A DNA stretch of 64,000 nt from an uncultured delta proteobacterium (GTDB taxonomy: Bacteria > Desulfobacterota > Binatia > DP-6): contig CAWFFN010000008.1 in the NCBI GenBank assembly GCA_963815115.1, forward strand, positions 320,001 through 384,000, in the 5' to 3' direction. The first letter of the stretch is position 1. The number at the start of each line of letters is the position of its first letter. The translations under genes and the position numbers were made by a program. Under the pieces are notes generated by a model. That model did no database searches, was not told the DNA's origin, and worked only from the letters and a program-made list of their open reading frames with translations. Positions 53,208 through 62,755 of the stretch are shown here, one piece after another.

Positions 53208-54802
53208 ATGACGGTGTCGAAGGCCATCGCGAGGCTGATGGTCGGAACGGGCGCCTTGCTGCTCGTGATGGGCGCCTTCGCGGGCGTCAAGCCGACCCCC
53301 GATCAGAAGTGCGAGGCGGCAAAGCTCAAGCTGGTGGGAAAGAAGGCGGGGTGCGAACTCGGGATCGCGGCGAACCCCAAGAAGGGGAACGACTTCAGCA
53401 AATGCACGACCAGCTATGCCACCGCGTTCCCGAAGGTGAAGGGGACCTGCAGCGGGGACCAGACGGGGCTGGAGACGCAGGTCGACGCCTTCCGGACCGA
53501 GATCGCAGCCGCCCTGACGCCGAACACCAGCAAGTGCCAAGCCGGGAAGATCAAGGCGGCCGGGAAGATGCAGACGTGTGAGCTGCTCGCGGCCGCGAAG
53601 GCCGTGCTGCTGGCGGGGACGGCAGACTTCACGAAGTGCAAGGCCACCTTCGCAACGGCGTGCATGAAGCTGGAGGCGGCCAAGAAGGAAGATTGCACGA
53701 CCACGGGCGATGCGGCGGCGATCGAGGCCAATGTGGACGCGTTCACGGGTGCCGTTCTCGCGGCCATCACCACGACCACGACCGCACTTCCAATTGCCTC
53801 GGGAGCAGCGGGTGACGGTGCCATATCCGCTGCGGGTCAAATCGACAGCTGGACGTTTACGGCCACTGCGGGTGGCAATATCGTCGTGAGTCTCGCCAAG
53901 CTGACCGGTGATAACACCTTTTTTCCGCAGATGGTGCTCTACGGTCCGGACGGCGCACAGCTCGCTGGGTCGCAGACCGAAATCGCCAGGAAGGCGGCCA
54001 GCAGCGGCACCTTCACCGTGCGGGTCAGCGCCGCCATCTACGGCAACGGTGTCTCGGGCACCGGTACGTATCGATTGTATCTTGCCACGGTGCCGGGCGC
54101 CTTTGTGGTACCCGACGGCGACGACGGCGGGCCGCTGACCAATGGCGGAAACCATGATGGGACGCTCCCCTTGGGGGATCTGGACCTGTGGCGTTTCGCA
54201 GCCAATGCAGGTGACAGCATCATCGTGGGCATCGGCACGCTGACCGATGATGGCAACGGGTTTGGGCCGCGGATCCGGCTCTACGGTCCGGACGGCGCAC
54301 TGCTCCCCCAGGGCGCGTCTGGGACCGAAGTCGCCGTGAAGGCGGCCAGCAGCGGCACCTTCACCGTGCTGGTCAGCGCCGCCATCGTCGGCAACGGTAA
54401 CCGAGGCACCGGCACGTATCGGTTGTATTTTGCGAAGGTGCCTGGGGCCTTTGTGGTACCCAGCGGCGACGACGGCGGAATATTGGTTCCGGCCGGACAG
54501 TACGACGGCACGATAGATCTGGGGATCTGGACCTGTGGAGTTTCGCGGCCAATGCAGGAGACAACATCGGCGTGCGCATCGACACGCCGACCGATTTCAC
54601 TGTCAACGGGTTTGATCCGTGGATCCGGCTCTACGGTCCGGACGGCGCACTGCTCGCCCAGCAATACGGTTCGCCGGTCGCCGAAGTCGCCAAGAAGGCG
54701 CCCAGCAGCGGCACCTTCACCGTCGTGATCAGCGACGGCCTCGAGGCTGGGATCGTGGGTACCGGCACGTATCGCCTGACGATATCCGGGATCTCCCCGT
54801 GA
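53208..54802 (+). CDS. Secreted protein: Cys-helical module, Thr linker and three PPC-like beta repeats; 1-nt deletion in G run 54521-54524; start uncertain
   Basis: KCQAGKIKAAGK...C...DAAAIEANVDAF; repeats D.W.F.A.AG...LYGPDG...SSGTFTV...GTGTYRL. Confidence 0.8.
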
Positions 54803-55020
54803 GGCCCGCTTCCCGTCGTGACGGCAGTGGCTTCTCATCTTCTGCGCTGCGTCGTTACGGAAGGCGGCGGCCTCGTGCGACGGGCGAGGCGCCAGGCTGC
54901 TACTAGGGTCGCGGCCTTTCGCCTCCGCTGATTCCTGATCAGCGCGGACCCGAGAAGTCCATGCCGGTGCTGGGCTTTTCGCGCTGGTCACAGCAGCGGT
55001 CACAGGGCGATCCCTGTACG

Positions 55021-55373
55021 ATGGCGCGCATGGAGCCCGCGGCTGCAGTCGAGAACCCGCCCGCTGGTCCGAGGGTGCGCCGTCGTCGTGGCTATCGTCG
55101 GAGCGGGTTCTACGCCCTCAAGACCACCCTGCGGCAGCTCGGCCCACGGGTGATCGATAAGTGCACCAGCATCGGCAAGGCGCTGGCACAGTGGCGGGCC
55201 GACTGCGGAAGCAACTCCGTCTGACCCAAGCGGAGTTCTGGCGAGCAGTGCGGCGTCGCCCGCGTCACCGTGACGCGCTGGGAAGCGGCACGCTGACCGT
55301 CGGGACGACCGCCGCCATCCTGATCCGCTTCCTGGCCCAGGAGCGGCGCCGCGCGCGCCAGAAAGGCAGGTGA
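55021..55373 (+). pseudogene. Fused remnants: truncated element ORF plus a scrambled Cro/CI-type HTH gene
   Basis: LRKQLRLTQAEF / GEQCGVARVTVTRWE / SGTLTV lie in alternating frames directly upstream of the integrase. Confidence 0.55.
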
Positions 55374-55377
55374 CCCC

Positions 55378-56523
55378 GTGAACCGGATCGTACCCTGTGA
55401 GAAGAACGGCCGACCGCAGTACCGCGTCGACTTCATCGGCGCCGACGGGCGGCGGCACCAGAAGTTCCGCCCTACGGAAGAGGAGGCCGAGGATCTACTC
55501 GCCCAAGAGACCATCGCCTCGCGCCAGCCGACGACCTCCGACCTCCCCGCCAGCACCACCCTCGCGCAGTACGCCGAACGCTGGGAGCGCCAGGTGGCTG
55601 CGCACCTGAAGCCCCGCACGCTCGCGAGCTACGGCGACACCTTGCGGCTGCACGTGCTGCCGGCGTTCGGCGCGACCCGCGTGCGCGATCTGCAGCGCGG
55701 GCGCATCAAGCAGTTCCTCGCCGAGAAGCTCAGGACACACTCCGCCAACTCCGTGCGGATCATGCACGCCAGGCTCAGGGTGCTCTTAAACGCCGCCGTT
55801 GACGACGGCCTGATCGTCGCCAACCCGAGCGACAAGCTCGGCCGGAGCATGAAGCTCGTCGTGCGGACGAAGGTGCGGCAGGAAACCATCAAGGCCTTCG
55901 ACCGCGCCCAGCGCGACGCCTTCCTGGCTACCGCGTACCGCATCGAGGCGTGGTGGGCGCCGATGCGGGAGGTCCAGGTACTCTCCGGCCTCCGCCCGGG
56001 CGAGGTCTACGCCCTGGAGGACGCCGACCTCGACCTCGACGCCGCCACGGCCCGTATCGGTCGCACCCTGGCGGACGACGGGCAGAGCGTCGACTCGCCG
56101 AAGGGCAACCGGGGTCGCACGATCGACCTCTCAAGCCGCGCGGTCGCGGTGCTCCGCGCCCATGCCGTGCACGTGCATCGGAAGGCGGAGAAGCTCCGGC
56201 GGAAGTGGCCCGAGCTGCCCGTGCCGTTCTTCTGCTCGACCACCGGGACCTACCCCGATCCCAGGAACGTCCGAGACGCCTTCGCCCCCGTGGTTAAGGC
56301 CGCCACGCTGCCGCACGTCACCCCGCACGGCCTGCGGCACACGTTCGCGTCCCTCCTGCTGCAGGCCGGTACGGACGTGTACTACGTCTCGCGCATGTTG
56401 GGGCATGCGTCGATCAGCGAGACCGTGGACACGTACGGGAGATGGCTGCCGGCGAACCGCAAGGGCGCCCTCGACGTGCTCGACACCCCGGCCGCCGACG
56501 ACCGGTCGGCCGGGAGTCTGTGA
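55378..56523 (+). CDS. Phage-type tyrosine recombinase/integrase
   Basis: SGLRPGE (R), PKG (K), HGLRHTFAS (HxxR), LGHAS (H), TVDTY (Y); N-terminal arm-binding-like region. Confidence 0.95.
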   Translation: MNRIVPCEKNGRPQYRVDFIGADGRRHQKFRPTEEEAEDLLAQETIASRQPTTSDLPASTTLAQYAERWERQVAAHLKPRTLASYGDTLRLHVLPAFGATRVRDLQRGRIKQFLAEKLRTHSANSVRIMHARLRVLLNAAVDDGLIVANPSDKLGRSMKLVVRTKVRQETIKAFDRAQRDAFLATAYRIEAWWAPMREVQVLSGLRPGEVYALEDADLDLDAATARIGRTLADDGQSVDSPKGNRGRTIDLSSRAVAVLRAHAVHVHRKAEKLRRKWPELPVPFFCSTTGTYPDPRNVRDAFAPVVKAATLPHVTPHGLRHTFASLLLQAGTDVYYVSRMLGHASISETVDTYGRWLPANRKGALDVLDTPAADDRSAGSL

Positions 56524-56537
56524 CCACTCTGTGACCA
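56519..56537 (+). promoter_or_regulatory. Candidate arm-type doublet TGTGACCA-N3-TGTGACCA (right end of element 1)
   Basis: Overlaps the integrase stop, about 50 bp from att repeat 2. Confidence 0.7.
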
Positions 56538-56586
56538 AAATGGCTAGGATGCCAGAACCTGGCCGCGTAACTACCCGAGTTCCAGT

Positions 56587-56629
56587 ATGGGCCGCGCAGG
56601 GATCGAACCTGCGACCCGCTGATTAAGAG
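56587..56629 (-). repeat. att direct repeat 2: 3' half of tRNA-Lys(CTT)
   Basis: 43/43 identical to 52766-52808; also lacks the 5' half of the tRNA. Confidence 0.92.
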
Positions 56630-56737
56630 AGCGTGGACACCCGACACAGCAGACCACAGCCGACGCCAACGGACCGGAATTCTTCGCTTCCGGCGGTGTC
56701 GGCTGTGACTGCTGTACCCCCCTGTGTCCGCGTGGAC

Positions 56738-56756
56738 TCGGACAATTTTCGGACAA
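56738..56756 (+). promoter_or_regulatory. Candidate arm-type doublet TCGGACAA-N3-TCGGACAA (left end of element 2)
   Basis: 11-bp period, starts 109 bp after att repeat 2; related inverted doublet at 57711-57729. Confidence 0.55.
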
Positions 56757-57001
56757 CGGCGCGCGCGCGTGCCTGCCAGCACACCGCTCATGACGTGACC
56801 AACGGTGGATCGCAGTCGCGTCCGCCGCTCGCCCGCTACCCGGCGCTGGACGGCGGAGGTGACAGCGCGCCGGGCTACTGAGGCGTCGCAGGGATAGGCG
56901 AACGTTCGTTCGCCTCCCGTACGTAAAGAACGCAGCTGACACGACCGGTTGTGAGATGGTCGACTCACGATGAGTCGAATCTGTACTGAGGAGAACTCCA
57001 G

Positions 57002-57565
57002 ATGCGCAGCGTGACCTACTCGATGGCCGTGTCGCTGGACGGCTACGTCGTCGGGCCGGACGGGTCCTTCGACTGGATGGCACCGGACGAGGAGGTCTTT
57101 AACCTAGCCACCGACGAGGTACGCAAGGTCGGAGTCCATCTGCTTGGACGACGGCTGTACGAAACCATGCTGTACTGGGAGACCGCCGACCAGAACCCGT
57201 CGCTCGACTACTCGACGCTCGAATTCGCCGCGATCTGGAGGGCGCTCCCGAAGGTTGTGTTCTCCACCACGCTGTCGGCGGTACAGGGAAACGCCCGCCT
57301 GGCGTCCGGCGGTCTAGAGGAGGAGATCGAGCGTTTGCGAGCCGAAGCGGCGGAGGGCGACATCGCGATCGGCGGCGCGACGCTCGCCACCGAGGCGGCC
57401 GCGTTGGGTCTCATCGACGAGTATCGGATCAGGGTCTTGCCGGTGCTGGTGGGCGGTGGCCGTCCCTTCTTTCCCCAACGCGAGGACCGGGTGAACCTCG
57501 AACTCATCGAGTCCCGTACCCTCAATTCGAGAGTGGTCTACCTCCGCTACCGCGTGGCCCGCTAG
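57002..57565 (+). CDS. Dihydrofolate reductase-like (RibD C-terminal) family protein
   Basis: VSLDGY, LGRRLYE, PKVVFSTT, GGATLA, GLIDEY, PVLVGGG.PFF. Confidence 0.9.
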   Translation: MRSVTYSMAVSLDGYVVGPDGSFDWMAPDEEVFNLATDEVRKVGVHLLGRRLYETMLYWETADQNPSLDYSTLEFAAIWRALPKVVFSTTLSAVQGNARLASGGLEEEIERLRAEAAEGDIAIGGATLATEAAALGLIDEYRIRVLPVLVGGGRPFFPQREDRVNLELIESRTLNSRVVYLRYRVAR

Positions 57566-57776
57566 CCGACTCGTCCCGCCGAGCACAAGAAGGGACACGC
57601 CAGCCAACGGCAAACCGATCCACAGGTCTTGACTATTGCTCGCAGCGCCCCGCTGATTAGGTATCCGTCGGGCGGTGGCAACGTGGCGCGTGACCACGGC
57701 TTTTAGAGGCCTGTCCGGGAACTGTCCGAATCGCGCAGGGCGGTCGCAGTCCATTCGGACTGCGTGGTGTAGCGCC

Positions 57777-58391
57777 TCAGCCCCGTGACGCCCGGACGCG
57801 ATAGTAGCCACCACCCGCGCTCTGGTGGGAGCAGACTGCGTTGGCGAGCTCGTCGCACAGCCGCGCGAGGGCGGCGGCGCGTGCGTGACGGTGTGCCGCT
57901 CTCGCTGCAACAAGCGCCCGGCCCACCGCACGGCGTTCGGCGAGGGGCACCGTGCGCCAGAGCAGCGTGCGGGCCGCTGCGGCGGCGGCAGTCGCTGCGC
58001 GGCGGGCCTCGGGCGTGGCATCCCGCGTCCAGCGGATGCGACGCAGCGTGGCCATGTAGGCGTGGCGCTGGGCGGCGGGCACGAAGCGCCAGCGGGCGGC
58101 GTGCTTCGATGTGCTGGGCGGTGGTGTGGCAGCGGCGAGCTGGTCTGCCGCGCGCTCCGCAGCAGCGGCGAGCGCCGCAGCCCGCGCGCGGGCCCGGTCC
58201 CAGCCGCGCTCCTCGGCGCGGCGGCGGATGAATCGGGCACGCCACGCGGCCTCGTTCAGATCGTAGGGGTCGTCCACCGCGTCGAGGGTAGCACGGAGCC
58301 GCACGACGGCATCTTCCACCACCTGGAATGGTGGTGGAGATGGATCACCGGCATCGGGCAGCAACCTCCGTTCCGTAGCAGTCGGGCGCAC
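57777..58391 (-). CDS. Hypothetical Ala/Arg-rich protein
   Basis: ORF co-directional with and overlapping the upstream GIY-YIG-like gene; no recognised motif. Confidence 0.4.
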   Translation of the reverse strand: MRPTATERRLLPDAGDPSPPPFQVVEDAVVRLRATLDAVDDPYDLNEAAWRARFIRRRAEERGWDRARARAAALAAAAERAADQLAAATPPPSTSKHAARWRFVPAAQRHAYMATLRRIRWTRDATPEARRAATAAAAAARTLLWRTVPLAERRAVGRALVAARAAHRHARAAALARLCDELANAVCSHQSAGGGYYRVRASRG

Positions 58392-58743
58392 CGCAGTCGC
58401 ATCGTGCCCTAGAACCGTTAGGATGCCCTGCCAATATGGAGAACGGAGTCGACGAGCGGCCGAACCGGTTCGTCGAAGGCTGGTGGATGTTCACCAACTC
58501 CATCTCGCGGAGTCTTGCGCGCGCAGGGCAATGATAGCGCTCAAGTATCTCCACCTCGATCTGTGTGATGCCGTCATGTGCATCGACGAACTGCTGCCAA
58601 GGCGCACTACGTCTGGTCAACGTTCGCGCGCGCCGCTCCGACCCGGATCCGATGTGGAAGAACGCGGCTTCACCCCGCATCCGGTGCCCGTACACCACCT
58701 CGTCCCCCTGGGTCTCATGCTTCGTTGATCGGACCTCAGCCAA
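58345..58743 (-). CDS. GIY-YIG-like nuclease (phage type)
   Basis: VVYGH...FFHIGSG..RRA...W...E.A...E.ELV......N pattern. Confidence 0.6.
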   Translation of the reverse strand: MAEVRSTKHETQGDEVVYGHRMRGEAAFFHIGSGSERRARTLTRRSAPWQQFVDAHDGITQIEVEILERYHCPARARLREMELVNIHQPSTNRFGRSSTPFSILAGHPNGSRARCDCGAPDCYGTEVAARCR

Positions 58744-59630
58744 CGTTACGTCTCCCGCCGGTCCGCCACTCGTCGATGTGCGGTCCTACTGGCGCGACCC
58801 GAGCGCGCTCGCAAGATCGCCAGCCGCTTCCAGCTCGTCGAGGAGGCGCGCGACGTCCGGCTCTGGCCAACGGAGCAGCGCCGCGACCAGCGCCGCGTCC
58901 GCGTCGCAGTCTTCGGGCAACACGCGAGCGCCGCCAGGACGGCGTCGTGGGCAGGCGTGTTCGTGTCGGCGCGCTGCATGGCCGCAGAGTAGCACCTTCG
59001 TTCCGGCAGACGACGTTCATCGCAGGCCACCCACACTCAAAGATCACCGGTAAGCGGACTGCCAGCTTCACGGGTTGGTCACCCGAAGACAGCGACGTGA
59101 CGGGCCACCCCGACAGGGAGGACGATTCACCCAGGCCCCTGACTGTCCCCCGGAATGCAGGACGGACGGATTTTCTCGAAAAGGTAGCCCCCTGGCTGGC
59201 TGTGCCCAAATTGACAGCAGGCGAGCGGCGAACCAACGAACGTCGCGCCAAGTATTTTCGCCTCGCGGGTCCGGCCCTCAAGCCGCTCGCGCCTCCGGGA
59301 CGCCGGAGGCCATGCCTGGCATGCATGGATCGCCGCGAGAATTGCGTCCGGAGCTGTAGGGCGGGGCACACGCCGGGACACATCCGGAAACCCAGCCCGA
59401 GCTTCCCGTTTTCCAGTTACCCCTGTTCCGCAGACAGACGGTCATCGCGCGGGCGTTCGCCTCAGGGTCCCCGAAGTGGGGTGGTCGGGCGAGTGGCAGT
59501 GGCGGGCGAGTGGAGGTGAGCTACAAGGGGGCAGGATGGATTGCCAGATCACTCCCAATTGCACTATGAAGCACCAGGAGCTGGCGTCGGCCCCATGACG
59601 CGCCATGACGCCACCCTAGGGAGGTTATTG

Positions 59631-60610
59631 ATGGGTCCTGTGTCTCCTGGCCTAAGCAGGCTTCTGTTGGCCGCGATCGGACTCACCCTCATCGCGCTTG
59701 GTCCCTCGGAAGCGGCACTTTGCAAGAGGCGAAACGGGGAGCTGATCGTTCACCCCACGTGCGGCGGCAAACTTCTTCCGGCAACCGCTGCCGACCTCGG
59801 CCAGCTGGGCATCGGACCGAAGGGAGACAAGGGCGACGAGGGAATCCAGGGACCGAAGGGCGACAAGGGCGACCAGGGATCCAAGGGCCGAAGGGCGAGC
59901 AGGGGATCCAGGGGGCTAAGGGGGACCAGGGAATCCAGGGGGCCAAGGGGGACCAAGGAGTCCAGGGAGAGAAGGGGGACAAGGGCGACCAGGGACTCCG
60001 CGGACTCCAAGGAATCCAAGGAATCCCAGGCTTCCCGGGAAGCCCAGGGCAAAAGGGGGACAAGGGCGACCCGGGTCCGCCCGGGGTGACCACGCGGGTC
60101 GTAAAGGACTCGCGCGGGGTCACGGTGGGGAAAGTGATTGACCGAACAGAGCTTGGCGTGGCCTCGTTACCGTCGGGAATCTATTTCTTCCGCTCCGTCG
60201 GCCAAATCCACGTCCTCATGTTTTTGCCCGATCCGTTTTCAATTCAGGGCGTCTGCACGCTCTCGCCTTGCGACGTGGTAGCGCTGGACCAAAATAGTAC
60301 CTGTGATGCTTCGGGGCTGCACCCGTCCCTTCTCGTTCCCGTAGATAGCAACATTCAAGCCCTGTTCAGCCCACCCGACTTCTACGTCAGCAGTGTTGTT
60401 GTAGACAGTGAGTTCTTCGGTCCAAACACGCTGCTCTACCCGAGCGATCTGGGCGGGCAGCATGCGATTGCTTCATATTTTACTTACTCCGACCACAGTT
60501 GCCATTCGGGGCCGTTGCCTTACGAGGCTGCTACCTCTGCTGTGCAGTTTCTTGATATGAATGCTTTCACACCGCCGTTTGAGGTGGTTGACGTAGTGCA
60601 GACACCTTAG
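59631..60610 (+). CDS. Secreted collagen-like protein; 1-nt deletion near 59878
   Basis: GGGAGG RBS, signal peptide, about 30 Gly-X-Y triplets (GPKGDKGDQGIQ) split over two frames, then VVKDSRG..VG globular domain. Confidence 0.8.
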
Positions 60611-60902
60611 CGAGGTTGCTCCTCACACGGTTCAGATGGCCTGGGACGAGGTCGTGGGCGGGCTGACCGGGTTCGGGTGAACCCGGAACTTGGTGCAACC
60701 ACCCAGATGCGCCGCTCGTCAGCGAGCCCGCGGCCTCAAGGCCTAGCAAGAGCAGGAGGCCTCGGGACTTGCCCCTGCTGGGACAAGCCGTCACGTCGAA
60801 TCGCATTCGGTCGCACGATCCGTTCAGGTCGGCTCGGTCGGTGTGTACCGGCTGTTGTACCGGTAACGTCACCATCCCGGAGAAGACCCAAGCGGCTCCG
60901 GT

Positions 60903-61310
60903 GTGGCAGGAGGCGCTTCGACGTCGGGTTTCACAGAAGGTGCTCGGGTGAATGCCACCGTGAATCGATACGAACGCGATCCCCGCGCGCGAACCGAGTG
61001 CATCAATGCACACGGGGCGCGGTGCTGGGTCTGTGGCTTCGACTTCGAGGCAACGTATGGTGCCGTGGGAGCGGGTTTCGTCCTCGTCCACCACCTGGTG
61101 CCGGTGGCGAGACGGGCGGCGGCGGGACCGTATCAACTCGATCCCGTGGCGGATCTGGTCCCGCTATGCGGCAACTGTCATCCGATGATGCATCGGCGTG
61201 CGGATCGGCTCGGTGAGATGGGAGGCTGTCTGACTCCAGACATCCGCCAGCGCCTCGCGCGCTTGAGAGAATTGGCTGCTCTCGACTCGTGGGAGGCGAT
61301 CCGCGATTAG
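60903..61310 (+). pseudogene. HNH endonuclease domain (McrA-like C-terminus), apparently N-terminally truncated
   Basis: EG......NRYERDP.AR..CI..HG..C.VCGFDF...YG...VHHLVP...DLVPLCGNCH.M.H. Confidence 0.75.
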
Positions 61311-61344
61311 CCGACGCAGCGGTTTGCCCCTGCAGTGACCCGAA

Positions 61345-62720
61345 GGGCTCGCGTCAATCGGTGTGTAAATCCTGAGGATCAGGCGGCGGCCTTCAGCGCC
61401 TTCTCCTTGACGAGCTTTCCGTCCTCGAACTTCCTCCCGTCGTAGACCGCGGCGAGCAACTCGGGCGCATCGAGGCGGCGGAAGCGCCGTTCGGCGACCA
61501 TGAGCAACCGCCACAGCAGCGCCGTCGCGTTGTCAACCTTCTTGAACCGCTTCGCCGCGTCGGTCCGCAGGCGCACGGCCGCGAACGGCGACTCGATCAC
61601 GTTCGTCGTCCGCAGATGCTTCCAGTGGCCCTCCGGGAAATCGTAGAAGGTCACGAGGCGGTCCCAATCCGTCTCGAGAATCTCGACCGCGCGCGGGTAC
61701 ACGCGTCGGTACGTCTTCGCGAACGCATCGCGCCGGCGCTCGGCGTCCGCGCGCGTGGGCGCGTAGGGGATCGCGGCCAAGGCCTCCCGTGCCGCGGCCT
61801 GCACTTTCTTCGGGAGCTGGGTCAACACGTTCACGATCTTGTGATTCCAGCACCGCTGCTCGGCGGCCCCGGGCCAGATCTCGGCGACGGCGGCCCAGAT
61901 CCCCGCAGCGCCGTCGGCCGCCAGCAGCTTCGGCACCTGGAGCCCGCGGTCGCGCAAGTCGCGCAGCACCCCGCGCCACGAGTCGGTCGACTCGCGGTAG
62001 CCGGGCACGACCGCGAGCACTTCCTTGCGCCCGTCGCGCAGCGCCCCGATGATCACGAGCAACGCCGCCTTCTCCCGCTCGAGCCCGGCGCGCACATAGA
62101 TCCCGTCGGCCCACGCGTACACGAGTTCGTGCTCGTCGAACCGGCGGGTCTTCCACAGGTCGTAGTCGCGCACGAACTTCGCTCGCAGGCGCTCGATCGA
62201 CTTCGCACTCAACGGCGCGCCGTCGCCGAGCAGGCCTCGCAACGCCAGCTCGAAGTCCCCTTGGGCCAACCCGTGCAGGTAGAGCTCGGGCAACAGATCG
62301 GCCACTTGCTCGGTGCGCCGCGCGAACAGCGGCAGCACCCGACTCTCGAAGTGCTCCTCGAGCCCGCGCACCCGCGGCCGCTGCACCACGAGCGTCCCGG
62401 TCTGCATCGCCAGCCGCCGCGGCTTCCCGTAGCCGTTGCGGTAGCCGACCGGCGCATCGATCCCGGCCCGCCGCTCGTGTCGCTGGCGACCGAGCAACTC
62501 CGTCACCTCCACCTCCAAGAGATCCTGCACGAACTCCTGGACCTTCTCCCGGACCCAGCCCTCCAACGTCTCCCACGTCGGCCTGGTCCTCGGGCGCTCC
62601 TCTCTGCTACGTCTCCTCATGGGCGATGTCTCCTTCCACCCGGCGCCAACCGGGTCTGGCTTCGGCAGCCGGAAGGTTACGTCGCCCGATCCTCTTTTAC
62701 ACACCTGCTGATCTTAGCCC
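61345..62720 (-). mobile_element. IS256-family insertion sequence (1376 bp)
   Basis: Imperfect 25-bp TIRs GGGCTcgcgTCAatcGGTGTGTAAA / GGGCTaagaTCAgcaGGTGTGTAAA flanking the transposase. Confidence 0.9.
61379..62620 (-). CDS. IS256 family (Mutator-like) DDE transposase
   Basis: YRNGY, WADG, ADG, QRCWNHK, LRTTNVIES. Confidence 0.95.
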   Translation of the reverse strand: MRRRSREERPRTRPTWETLEGWVREKVQEFVQDLLEVEVTELLGRQRHERRAGIDAPVGYRNGYGKPRRLAMQTGTLVVQRPRVRGLEEHFESRVLPLFARRTEQVADLLPELYLHGLAQGDFELALRGLLGDGAPLSAKSIERLRAKFVRDYDLWKTRRFDEHELVYAWADGIYVRAGLEREKAALLVIIGALRDGRKEVLAVVPGYRESTDSWRGVLRDLRDRGLQVPKLLAADGAAGIWAAVAEIWPGAAEQRCWNHKIVNVLTQLPKKVQAAAREALAAIPYAPTRADAERRRDAFAKTYRRVYPRAVEILETDWDRLVTFYDFPEGHWKHLRTTNVIESPFAAVRLRTDAAKRFKKVDNATALLWRLLMVAERRFRRLDAPELLAAVYDGRKFEDGKLVKEKALKAAA

Positions 62721-62755
62721 AGCCCGATCGGTAGTTGGCGGTAGGACGCAGTCAC

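Larger units (their letters stand above)
52766..56629. mobile_element. Integrative element 1 (about 3.9 kb, degenerate) at tRNA-Lys
   Basis: Bounded by identical 43-bp tRNA fragments; tyrosine integrase ends about 60 bp before the right repeat. Confidence 0.85.

Noticed and set aside
52766-56629. Two tRNA-Lys genes, or a split/permuted tRNA
   Set aside because: Both copies are the same 3' half and no 5' half is present in the window; the adjacent integrase explains them as att sites.
57002-57565. Trimethoprim-resistance dfr gene
   Set aside because: Motifs match the broad RibD-C/DHFR-like family rather than the DfrA/FolA signature.
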